Positions 10,001 through 19,544 of a stretch of 64,000 nucleotides of DNA are shown piece after piece (position 1 is the stretch's first letter; every line of letters begins with the position of its first letter). The stretch lies in NCBI GenBank assembly GCA_041750795.1, contig JBGSYQ010000064.1, positions 5,016-69,015 on the forward strand. Direction: 5' to 3'. The notes under the pieces were generated by a model. That model was not told where the DNA came from and made no database searches. It worked only from the letters and a program-made list of their open reading frames with translations. The DNA is from Pirellulales bacterium. Lineage in GTDB: Bacteria; Planctomycetota; Planctomycetia; Pirellulales; PALSA-1355. Both the position numbers and the translations under genes were made by a program.

Positions 10001-10452
10001 GGCTGGCCAGCAAGAACGCGATTCTGATCGTGGAATTCGCCAAGCACATGCGCGAAAACGGCGAGTCGCGCCGCCATGCCACGCTCGAAGCGTGCCGACT
10101 GCGCCTGCGGCCCATCATCATGACGTCGTGCGCGTTCATCTTGGGCGCCGCGCCGTTGATGATCGCCCACGGTGCGGGGGCGGAAATGCGACAAACGCTG
10201 GGCACGGCCGTGTTCAGCGGGATGGTCGGCGTGACGCTGTTCGGCATCTTTCTCACGCCGGTGTTCTTCACCACCATCGACTGGCTGGGCGGAACGCGAA
10301 TGTTTGCCTCGCGCCTGGCACGGCGCGGCGCCCAGCTTTCACTCGGCCTGCTCACCTTGCGGCCGATACGACGATTGCGCGAAAAGCTGTACAAGCCATC
10401 GCCACCCCACTACAAACCGCCTGCGCGCCGCGAGCGCGTCACCCACGAGTAG
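7021..10452 (+). CDS. RND (HAE1/AcrB-like) inner-membrane efflux permease, copy 1
   Basis: 1143 aa with a GTG start. [42 protein letters not shown] and the rest are collinear with AcrB-type pumps. Confidence 0.95.
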   Translation: [1143 protein letters not shown]

Positions 10453-10460
10453 AACTCGCC

Positions 10461-13400
10461 GTGTTCTCCAACTTCTTCATCAGCCGTCCGATCTTTGCCA
10501 GCGTGATGTCGATCGTCATCACGCTGGCCGGCGGCATTGCGCTGTTCACGCTGCCCATCGCGCAATACCCGGAGATCGCGCCCCCCACGGTCGAAGTCTC
10601 CGCGTCCTATCCGGGCGCCAACGCGCGCGTGATGGTCGACACCGTGGCGGCGCCGATCGAAGAGCGGGTCAACGGCGTGGAAGACATGCTCTACATGTCG
10701 TCGCAGTGTACCAACGACGGGACGTATACGCTGACCGTGACCTTTGCCAACGGCGTCGATCTGAACATGGCACAGGTGCTGGTGCAAAACCGCGTGGCGC
10801 TGGCGCAACCAATCTTGCCGGAGCTGGTACAGCGGCGCGGCGTGAGCGTCAAGAAAAAATCGCCCAGCGTGTTGATGATCGTCAACCTGTTCTCGCCCGA
10901 CGATTCACGCGACAGCCTGTACCTGAGCAACTATGCGACCATTCAACTGAAGGACGAATTGTCGCGCGTGCCGGGCGTCGGCGATATCACCTACCTGGGC
11001 CAGCGCAACTACAGCATGCGACTCTGGCTCGACCCGGAAAAAATGGCCTCGCGCAACCTGTCGGTCGCCGACGTCACCACGGCCATCGAGCAGCAGAACA
11101 CGCAAGTCGCAGCCGGGCAAGTCGGTCAGCCGCCGGTCAATACCGGGCAGGTGTTCCAGTTCACCGTCAGCACCATGGGACGCCTGGCCGATCCCGACGA
11201 GTTCGCCGACATGATCTTGAAGACCGATGCCAGCGGCCGCCTGGTGCGCCTGCGCGACGTGGCGCGGATTGAACTAGGCGCCGAGGGCTACGACCAGACC
11301 TGCCGGCTCAACGGCATGCCATCGGTGGCGCTCTCGATCTATCAGTTGCCTGGCTCCAACGCGCTGGAAATCGCCGAGCAGGTCAAGGAAAAGATGGTCG
11401 GCCTGAAGGCGCGCTTTCCCACCGGCGTCGACTACGCCATCGTCTACGACACGACGCCGTTCATCACCGAGTCGATCAACGAAGTGTTCAAGGCGCTGCG
11501 CGATGCGATCGTGCTGGTGGCGATCGTGGTGCTGGTGTTTCTGCAAAACTGGCGCTCGGCCATCATCCCCCTGGTGGCCGTGCCGGTGGCGATCGTCGGC
11601 ACGTTTGCCGTGATGGCGGCCATGGGCTTCAGTCTCAACAACTTCACGCTGTTCGGGTTGGTGCTGGCCATCGGCATCGTGGTGGACGACGCCATCGTGG
11701 TGGTGGAGGCCGTGGGCTATCACATCGAGCACGGGCTGTCGCCGCGCGACGCCACGATCCGAGCCATGAGCCAGGTGTCCGGGCCGGTGATCGCCGTGGG
11801 CCTGGTGCTCAGCGCCGTGTTCGTGCCGTGCGCCTTCATCACCGGCATCATGGGGCAGTTCTTCCGGCAGTTCGCGCTGACGATCGCAGTATCGATGGTG
11901 ATCTCGACGATCAACTCGCTGACGCTCAGTCCCGCGCTGACGGCGCTGTTGCTACGCCCGCGCGAAAAGGGCTCTGGACCGCCGTTGCCTTGGCTGGCAT
12001 ATGTTCTGGTCGGCGGTTGGCTGGGCTGGGAATACGTTTCCCCCTGGTTGATTGCGGGCGGCCACCTCGCCTGGATCGCACCGGACCACATGCCCTGGGT
12101 GGCCATGCTGCTGGCAGCGGCGGCCGGCGGCATCGTGAGCTGGCCCGTCAATCAAGTGTTGCGGTTGGTGTTTCGGACGTTCAACCTGGCGTTCGACGTT
12201 TCCACCAACGTCTACTTGTTCTTCGTCGGCAAAATGCTGCGCGTCAGCCTGCTGGTGCTGGTGGTGTATGGCGGCCTGCTGTATCTGACGTATACGAATT
12301 TTCTTGCCGCGCCAAAGGGCTTCATTCCCACGCAGGACAAGGGGTATCTGCTCGTCAATCTGCAATTGCCCGATTCGTCCAGCGTGACCCGCACCGAAGA
12401 GGCCATGCGCCGCGTCGAGGAAGTCGTGCGCACGTCGCCCGGCGTCAAGCATACGGTTTCGATCTCCGGCCAGTCGATGCTGTTGGGCGCCAACGCTCCG
12501 AACTTCGGCGCCATGTACATCATGCTCGACGACTTCCACCACCGCCTGGCGCCGGAGCTTTCGGCCGATGCACTGGCGGCCCGCTTGCAACGCACGCTGC
12601 AAGCCCAGATCGTCGACGGGTTGGTGAACGTGCTGGGAGCGCCGCCGCTGGAGGGTCTGGGTACGTCCGGCGGATTCAAATTGATGATCGAAGATCGCGG
12701 CAACACCGGGCTCGACGCGCTGCAGGAGACGGCCGACCGTGTCGTGGAGGCGGCCGAGCAGGCGCCCGAGTTGTCCAATCCCTTCACCAGCTTCCGCGCC
12801 CAGACGCCATGGCTCTATCTCGACATCGATCGCACCGAGGCCAAGGTGCTGGGCGTGCCCATGGCCGAGGTCTTCAACACCTTGCAGGTCTATCTGGGAT
12901 CGCTGTACGTCAACGACTTCAACCTGTTCGGGCGCACCTGGCAGGTGAACGTGCAGGCCGACCGGCATTTTCGCGAGCAGATCGAGGATCTCAAGCAACT
13001 TCGCGTGCGCAACGACCGCGGACGCATGGTGCCCTTGAGCGCGTTTGCATCGGTGCGCGAGGTGACCGGCCCGGTGCTTATCGCGCGGCACAATCTCTAC
13101 TCGGCGGCGCCTGTCATCTGCAACGCGGCTCCCGGCGTCAGTTCGGGCCAGGCCATCGAGCGATTGGAAGACGTGGTCCAACAGCAGCTCAATTGGTCGA
13201 TGCGCTACGAATGGACCGAGTTGGCCCTGCTGCAGTTGCAGACGGGCAACACGGCCATGATCGCTCTGTTGTTGGCCGTGGTGCTGGTGTTTCTGGTGCT
13301 GGCGGCACAATATGAAAGCTGGGCGCTGCCGCTGGCGGTGATCCTCGTTGTGCCGATGTGCCTGCTGTGCTCGATCGTGGCCGTGCTGTGGGCCGAGATG

Positions 13401-13883
13401 GACGTGAACATCTTCACGCAGGTGGGATTCGTCGTGCTGGTGGGCCTGGCCTGCAAGAACGCCATTCTGGTGGTGGAGTTTGCCCGGGCACAGCGCGAAG
13501 CCGGGCTCGATCGCTACGAGGCGACGATCGAAGCCTGCAAGCTCCGCCTGCGTCCGATCGTGATGACGTCGTTCGCGTTCATTTTGGGGGTGCTGCCGCT
13601 GGTGGTGTCGGTGGGGGCAGGCGCCGAAATGCGCCGCACGCTGGGTACGGCCGTGTTCGGCGGCATGTTGGGCGTGACGATGTTTGGCATTTTTCTCACG
13701 CCCGTGTTCTACTATGTCATCGAGTGGGCCGGCGACATGCGCAGATTGCTCCACAAGCTGCGCTCCGGGCCGCCGCCGGCCTGGGTGTCTCGCTTGGGGC
13801 TGCGGCGGCCGGCGCGCCTTGCAAAGCGCGAGCTGCGCGTGGCCGCTCACGAGGAAGAGACGGCCGACGTCGATGCGACGTGA
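10461..13883 (+). CDS. RND (HAE1/AcrB-like) inner-membrane efflux permease, copy 2 (paralog of copy 1)
   Basis: The track ORF 9768..13883 is over-extended. The AcrB-type N-terminus [42 protein letters not shown] begins at GTG 10461, 9 nt after the copy-1 stop. Long blocks are identical to copy 1 ([28 protein letters not shown]). Confidence 0.9.
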   Translation: [1140 protein letters not shown]

Positions 13884-13919
13884 TCGGCCTGCCGATCGGT
13901 ACTTTTCACGAGGAATAGC

Positions 13920-14726
13920 ATGGCGATGAAGTCTCAATTCAGCGGTCTATTGGTCGCATGGATGGCATGCGGGATGGGTCCGTTGCACGCCGGCGAGTCA
14001 CAGGACGCCACCCATTTCGGCGCCGTTCGCTGCGAAGGCAGCTATCAGGGCCACTTGCAGGGCGTCTGCACCAACCAGCGCGACGCAATTTATTGGAGCT
14101 TCACCGACGTGCTCGTCAAAACCGACCCGCACGGCAAGATCATTCACCGCCAGGACGTTGCCAACCACCACGGAGATTTGTGCTTCCATGGAGGACGCGT
14201 GTACGTGGCGGTCAACCTCGGCAAGTTCAATCAGCCGGCCGGCGCGGCGGACTCCTGGATCTACGTCTACGACGCCGACACGCTCGATGAGTTGCAGCGC
14301 AAGGCCGTGCCCGAGCTGGTCCACGGCGCGGGCGGAATCGCGTTCGGCGACGGGCGGTTCATCGTGGTGGGCGGTCTGCCCGGCGAGATCGACGAAAACT
14401 ACCTGTACGAGTACGACGAGACGCTAACGTTTCGCCGGCGCCACGTGTTGGCCAGTGGCTACACGCTGATGGGCATCCAGACCGCCGCATTCTTCGACGG
14501 CCACTGGTGGTTCGGCTGCTACGGCGCGCCGCGCAAGCTGCTCAAGGCCGACCGCGACCTGCAGTTGTCGGGCAAGTGGGATTTCGACGCGTCGCTGGGC
14601 ATCATGGGCCTGCCCGACGGACGGCTGCTGGTAGCGCGGCCAGCGCGCGATCCGGCCGGCGGCCACCTGGGCGACCTCAAGCTGGCCGTGCCCGATGAGC
14701 AGCACGGGCTGCGCTTCGTGGAATAG
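13920..14726 (+). CDS. Hypothetical secreted protein (possible beta-propeller-like fold)
   Basis: 268 aa with a signal peptide (LLVAWMACGMGPLHAGE). Codon usage looks coding and the gene immediately follows the RND genes. I recognise no family signature. Confidence 0.55.
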   Translation: MAMKSQFSGLLVAWMACGMGPLHAGESQDATHFGAVRCEGSYQGHLQGVCTNQRDAIYWSFTDVLVKTDPHGKIIHRQDVANHHGDLCFHGGRVYVAVNLGKFNQPAGAADSWIYVYDADTLDELQRKAVPELVHGAGGIAFGDGRFIVVGGLPGEIDENYLYEYDETLTFRRRHVLASGYTLMGIQTAAFFDGHWWFGCYGAPRKLLKADRDLQLSGKWDFDASLGIMGLPDGRLLVARPARDPAGGHLGDLKLAVPDEQHGLRFVE

Positions 14727-14789
14727 CGCAGCACAAGCGCGGAACTCCCGCCCGCAAAGCATCGGCTTCATGTACTTGGCGAATACTAG

Positions 14790-15173
14790 TTAGCTCGTCG
14801 CGGCAGGACTGGCCGAACCTTCTTCGATCCACTTGCGTGCGGCCTCGATGTCGCTCTCGTCGAAGTAGCGCACCGTGGCGGTCGTAAACGGCTTGCAGAA
14901 GGCGGCCATGCCGGCTTCCCACTTGCGATCGCCCACCATGGCCAGCCGCTCGATGTCTTTGAAGTGCTTGACGTCGAACTTGATATCTTCCCACAAGGCG
15001 CCGACGGTCCAGCCGTGGAAGTCGTGCATTTGCAGCAAAATGCGGAGCTTGCCTTGCGATTTGATCAGGCCCTCCACCTCGGGAACGAACACTTCATAAT
15101 CTTCCTTGGTGAGCTTGCCGCTCAATTTGACGGATAGAAACTTTCCATTCGGCTCCGATTGCAACTCAATCAT
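14790..15173 (-). CDS. STAS/SpoIIAA-like (DUF3478-type) protein
   Basis: MIELQSEPNGKFLSVKLSGKLTKEDYEVFVPEVEGLIKSQGKLRILLQMHDFHGWTVGALWEDIKFDVKHFKDIERLAMVGDRKW matches the SpoIIAA-like family pattern. I moved the start to the internal ATG at 15173; the track ORF extends to 15218. Confidence 0.7.
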   Translation of the reverse strand: MIELQSEPNGKFLSVKLSGKLTKEDYEVFVPEVEGLIKSQGKLRILLQMHDFHGWTVGALWEDIKFDVKHFKDIERLAMVGDRKWEAGMAAFCKPFTTATVRYFDESDIEAARKWIEEGSASPAATS

Positions 15174-15545
15174 CGTCAGAACTCCTTTGGGTGTTGGCGC
15201 GACCCGGCCGCCGAACAATCGGTTGTCCGGGTCCTATTCTGTGACTCATCCGCATTGGGGCGGCAACCGCGGTTCTCAGCCTCTAATGTAACGCCTTCCA
15301 GCGGGGCTTGGCAAATCGCACTCCACAACGTCGCCAGCAGCGTGTGGAGGAATACAACAGGCCGCTGAGCCGCTTTGCCCGCACTCGCGTATCGCGAACG
15401 TTGCAACAACGTAGCGCCGCTGGACAGTTTGACTTGGAACAAGGGGCCGCTCGCGTTACGATGCGTGCCATGTCGGGCGGCGCCCCTGAGGCCGACGCCC
15501 CGACGGCGACTTGCCCGGCCGTTCCCTGCGACAGAGCAGCGTGTG

Positions 15546-16940
15546 ATGACGGAACCGATCCAGAACGAACTCGCAGTCTCGGGCCACGCCGTTTCGGCAT
15601 CGGCCGGACCAGGCGAACTGGTAAGGCAGGGGCCGTTGCGAGTGGCCGAAGGCATCCGCCCGATGATTCTGTTCGTTTGGTCGGCGCTGGTCGGCGGTCT
15701 GGTCGGACTCGTGGGCGGGCTCTTTCAACTGAGTTTGTCGGCCATCGCTGCCTGGCGCGACGAAGGGATCGCCCGTTTTCAGTCGCAACCGGTGTTGTGG
15801 TGGCTGCTGCCGACCGTCTTCTCGGCGGTTGTGGTGTACGCCGCGTTTTGGCTGGTCCGTCGTTTCGCGCCGGAAACCGGTGGCAGCGGCGTTCAAGAAA
15901 TCGAGGGTGCGCTGAACGATTTGCGACCGCTGCGGTGGCGGCGCGTCTTGCCGGTGAAATTTGTCGCCGGCATGCTCTCGCTCTCCGGAGGACTGGTGCT
16001 GGGCCGCGAAGGTCCGACGATCCAAATGGGCGGCAACGTCGGCAAAATGATCGGCGACCTCTTCAAGCTCTCGCGCGACGACGTCCACACGCTGGTCGCC
16101 GCCGGCGCCGGCGCCGGACTCGCGGCAGCGTTCAATGCTCCGCTGGCGGGCATCCTCTTCGTCATCGAGGAGATGCGCCCGCAGTTCAAGTACAACTTCC
16201 TCTCGGTTCACTCGGTGCTGATTGCCGCCGCCACGTCCGACATCGTGTTGCGCATGATGATGGGACAGGCGCCGGATATTCAGATGGCGGCCGCACCGCG
16301 CCCGCCGTTGGCTTCGCTGTGGCTCTTTCCCTTGCTGGGCATCGTCTTCGGAGTGCTCGGCGTCGCTTTCAACGCGCTGCTCGTGCGCACGCTCGATTTC
16401 TTCGCCAACCTGAAGGGTCCCGCCTATCGTTTCACGGGGCTCGGCGTCGGGGCGGCCATCGGCTTGCTGGGCGTGTTTTACCCGTTGGCCGTGGGCGGTG
16501 GATACGACGTCATTCCGCACGTCTTGCAGGGCTCGACGGCCACACTCACGTTGGCCGTGCTGTTCATCGCCCGCTTCGGCACCACGATGGTCAGTTACGG
16601 ATCGGGAGCGCCCGGCGGCATTTTTGCGCCCATGCTCGCGTTGGCGACGATCGTCGGCATGGCGACCGGCCATTTTGCCCACGCCTGGTTTCCCGACTGG
16701 ATCGTCCACCCGCAAGTCTTCGCCGTGGCTGGCATGGGCGCGCTGTTTTCCGCCACGGTCCGCGCGCCCCTGACGGGCATTGCCCTGTCGATCGAAATGA
16801 CCGGAAACTATGCGCTGATCTTGCCGCTGATCCTCACCTGCATGGTGGCGGCCATCGTCGCCCAAGCGCTGCGCGGCAAGCCCATCTACAGCGTATTGCT
16901 CAAACGCACGCTCGACCGTGCGGCGGCCGCCGGTCCATAG
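15546..16940 (+). CDS. clcA: ClC-type H+/Cl- exchange transporter
   Basis: Collinear with E. coli ClcA from memory: APETGGSGVQEIEGAL, GREGPTIQMGGN, AAFNAPLAGILFVIEEMRPQF, GAPGGIFAPMLALAT, RAPLTGIALSIEMTGNY. I placed the start at MTEPIQ (15546); the track ORF begins at 15375. Confidence 0.9.
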   Translation: MTEPIQNELAVSGHAVSASAGPGELVRQGPLRVAEGIRPMILFVWSALVGGLVGLVGGLFQLSLSAIAAWRDEGIARFQSQPVLWWLLPTVFSAVVVYAAFWLVRRFAPETGGSGVQEIEGALNDLRPLRWRRVLPVKFVAGMLSLSGGLVLGREGPTIQMGGNVGKMIGDLFKLSRDDVHTLVAAGAGAGLAAAFNAPLAGILFVIEEMRPQFKYNFLSVHSVLIAAATSDIVLRMMMGQAPDIQMAAAPRPPLASLWLFPLLGIVFGVLGVAFNALLVRTLDFFANLKGPAYRFTGLGVGAAIGLLGVFYPLAVGGGYDVIPHVLQGSTATLTLAVLFIARFGTTMVSYGSGAPGGIFAPMLALATIVGMATGHFAHAWFPDWIVHPQVFAVAGMGALFSATVRAPLTGIALSIEMTGNYALILPLILTCMVAAIVAQALRGKPIYSVLLKRTLDRAAAAGP

Positions 16941-16966
16941 AAGGCCGCAGCCGTCGCCGCGCGTTG

Positions 16967-18154
16967 CTACGGCTGGCGATACCGGGCCAGCGCCTCTCGG
17001 TTGAGCTCGATGCCCAAGCCGGGCTTATCAGGAAGTTGGATCGCGCCATCGACCAGCGAGTACTCCTCGCGGACCAATTCACGCCGTAGCGGCGACTCCG
17101 AAAGTTCCGCCGGCAGAAACTCCAAATAGGGGCACGCCGTCGTCGTGGCCACCAGGTGAGCGCTGGCGGCGATGCCGATCATGCTCTTCCAGCAATGCGG
17201 CACAACCAGCCGATTACGCTCTTCGGCGATGCGGCACACTTTGCGCGCCTCGCTGAAGCCGCCCACGCGGCCGACGTCGGGCTGCAAGACGGCCAGCTTG
17301 CCGCGGTCGGCCAGCTCCAGAAACTCCCAGTGCGTGTTTTGCCATTCACCGGCCGCAATGCGCACGCCCGAGCGCTCGGCCAGCCACGCATAGCCCTCGA
17401 CGTCGTCAATGTCGATCGGTGTCTCCAGAAAAAAGACGTCGTAAGGCGCCAATTGCTCGATCACGCCAAGGGCATGCTCCGCGCTCGGCCAGGCGTACGC
17501 CACGTCGACCATGAAGGTAAAGTCCGGCCCCAACGCCGCGCGGCACGCTGCCACCGTCTCGACGACCGCCGCGTCGTCCTCCTGCAAGCCGTTATGGCTA
17601 TACGGTCCGTTGAGGCACACTTCCAGCTTGGCGGCGCGAAATCCCATGTCGCGGGCACGCCGGGCCTTGCCGATCAGCGATTCGCACTGCTGCGAAGCCG
17701 TGCGGCCCGTGGCCAACAGCGATGCATAGGGCACCACTGGCCGGGCGGCGGCGCCGGCATCACTCGTGCAGCCGGCCAGCAGTTTCCACACCGGTTGACC
17801 GAGCGCCTTGCCGCACAGATCCCACAGTGCCATGTCGATGGCCCCCAGGGCGCAAATCAGCGCGCCGCGCCGACCGGTCATCTTCGAGCCGCTGTAGAGC
17901 CTTTGCCAGATCGCCTCGGGCTGGAGCGGATCGTCGCCCAGCAGCATCTCCTCCAGCCCCAAACCCATGCAGTGCGTCCCCCGGGCGCGAATGCACTCGC
18001 GAGCAATCCACGGGTTGGTGTCGGTCTCGCCGATGCCCACCAGGCCTTCGTCGGTGTGGATTTCCACGACCAGGTCGTCCTGAGCGGACGAGCAAGCTTC
18101 GGCATCGTAATCGGGAATCAACAGCACGTGGCAGTCGATCTTGGTGATCTTCAT
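16967..18154 (-). CDS. Enolase-superfamily enzyme (mandelate racemase/muconate lactonizing family; probable sugar-acid dehydratase)
   Basis: MKITKIDCHVLL..VVEIHTDEGLVGIGET..AIDMALWDLCGKALGQPVWKLLAG.. is the typical MR/MLE N-terminal and barrel pattern. Start set at the internal ATG 18154. Confidence 0.85.
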   Translation of the reverse strand: MKITKIDCHVLLIPDYDAEACSSAQDDLVVEIHTDEGLVGIGETDTNPWIARECIRARGTHCMGLGLEEMLLGDDPLQPEAIWQRLYSGSKMTGRRGALICALGAIDMALWDLCGKALGQPVWKLLAGCTSDAGAAARPVVPYASLLATGRTASQQCESLIGKARRARDMGFRAAKLEVCLNGPYSHNGLQEDDAAVVETVAACRAALGPDFTFMVDVAYAWPSAEHALGVIEQLAPYDVFFLETPIDIDDVEGYAWLAERSGVRIAAGEWQNTHWEFLELADRGKLAVLQPDVGRVGGFSEARKVCRIAEERNRLVVPHCWKSMIGIAASAHLVATTTACPYLEFLPAELSESPLRRELVREEYSLVDGAIQLPDKPGLGIELNREALARYRQP

Positions 18155-18161
18155 AGCGGCG

Positions 18162-19508
18162 TCAATGTGTTGTGCTAGGCGCGATTTGATGGTCGACAGT
18201 TGGTGCGGTCTCATCGGGCTCCCCAGCCTGGCCGCCGGTCGGATCGATTCCCAACCAGAGCACGGCGCCGATCAGGCCGACCACGCTGCCCAGCGTGATG
18301 CCGGCCTGCCAGCCGTAGCCGAGCGTCTCGCTGACCCAGGGGGTAATGATCGGCGCCAGGATTCCGCCGGCGTTGCCCCCGGTGTTGAAGATGCCGGCCG
18401 AAGCGCCGCCCCGGCCGCGCCCCACCTCGACGGCCGTGACCCAAAATGGGCCCTCGGCCATGCCCAGCACGCCCAGCGCCAGCGACAGCCACGTGACGAT
18501 CCACATTGGATCGGTGGCGCGAATCCCCAGCAGCAGCAACCCGGCACTGGCGCCCATCGCCACGACCGCCAGTCCGGTGCGCGCGGTGCGCCAGCCAAAG
18601 CGCATCATGAGCCGATCCGAAAGCCAGCCGCCCAGCGGCATGCCAAACGCCATCGCCAGCGGCGGAATGGCCGCGTACCACTTGCTCTGTTCGCTGCCCA
18701 GTCGGAGCACCGTTTCGAAATAGTAGTGCATCCAGTAGAAAAACAGATACTGGAAATAGCCGACGCAAGCGTAGCTGCCGGTGAGCAGGATCAAGTTCTT
18801 GTTGGTGCGCACCGCGCGCATGAAATGAAACTCCGGTTCGTCGATGGACGGGTGCGGCCCACCGGGAGCATCGGACGAACGGCGCGCGACGGCCGCACCG
18901 GCGCCGTAGTTCCACAGCTCGCCCAACGCGATTGTGATCACGGCAGCCTCCAGAAACGCCACGGGCCAACTGAACCGGTCGACCATCGTGCCGAAGATGA
19001 TGAACGTGGATGCCACGCCCAACAGTGCCGCGCCGGTCACGATGCCATTGGCGGCCGACCGCCCCTCGAGCGGCACGCCCAGCGCAACCGCATTGGCTGC
19101 GGCCGGGTGCAACGGCGCACTGACCACGCCCATGGCTCCGCGCACGAGAAACAACGCCACCAAGGCCACGCCTGCCGACGAGGCGACTAGCCCGACCACA
19201 CCGGTCAGCGCCACGAACAATCCGGAGCCAAAGCACACCGCGGCCAGTGCAAACCTCGGACCGCGCTCGTCGACCAACCAGCCGCCCGGGATCATCGCCA
19301 GCGTGTAAGCGAACAGAAACGCCGAGTACACAAAACCCATCTGCGTCGCCGTGATGCCGAACTGGGGCATGATCTGCTGATCGGCCGCGACGGCCATGCT
19401 GACGCGATTGAAGTGCGCCAAAAAACAGATCGCCGCCAACAGCGCCACCAGTCGCCAGGGATGGGCACTGCTGACCGGCTTCGCAGAGGACGCGGCGACG
19501 TTGGACAT
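18162..19508 (-). CDS. MFS transporter (anionic sugar/sugar-acid type)
   Basis: 448 aa, about 12 hydrophobic segments, with FNRVSMAVAA..GFVYSAFLFAYTLAMIPGGWLVDERGPR. The stop is 8 nt upstream of the dehydratase start. Confidence 0.85.
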   Translation of the reverse strand: MSNVAASSAKPVSSAHPWRLVALLAAICFLAHFNRVSMAVAADQQIMPQFGITATQMGFVYSAFLFAYTLAMIPGGWLVDERGPRFALAAVCFGSGLFVALTGVVGLVASSAGVALVALFLVRGAMGVVSAPLHPAAANAVALGVPLEGRSAANGIVTGAALLGVASTFIIFGTMVDRFSWPVAFLEAAVITIALGELWNYGAGAAVARRSSDAPGGPHPSIDEPEFHFMRAVRTNKNLILLTGSYACVGYFQYLFFYWMHYYFETVLRLGSEQSKWYAAIPPLAMAFGMPLGGWLSDRLMMRFGWRTARTGLAVVAMGASAGLLLLGIRATDPMWIVTWLSLALGVLGMAEGPFWVTAVEVGRGRGGASAGIFNTGGNAGGILAPIITPWVSETLGYGWQAGITLGSVVGLIGAVLWLGIDPTGGQAGEPDETAPTVDHQIAPSTTH

Positions 19509-19544
19509 GGCTTACAATGCCGGCGGAGGAGAGCGTCGGACAAG

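Noticed and set aside
9768-10460. 231-codon N-terminal extension of the second RND ORF.
   Set aside because: It overlaps the 3' end of RND copy 1 in another frame. The conserved AcrB N-terminus starts exactly at GTG 10461.
13920-14726. The gene after the RND pumps, considered as the missing outer-membrane factor.
   Set aside because: At 268 aa it shows no TolC/OprM-type repeat or lipobox, and its sequence looks like a soluble beta-rich protein.
15219-15545. Fluoride (crcB-motif) riboswitch upstream of the ClC gene.
   Set aside because: I found no GGnGAUGG...CUGAUGA core. The transporter also has the canonical ClcA selectivity motifs (GSGV, GREGP, GGIFAP) rather than a CLC-F type.
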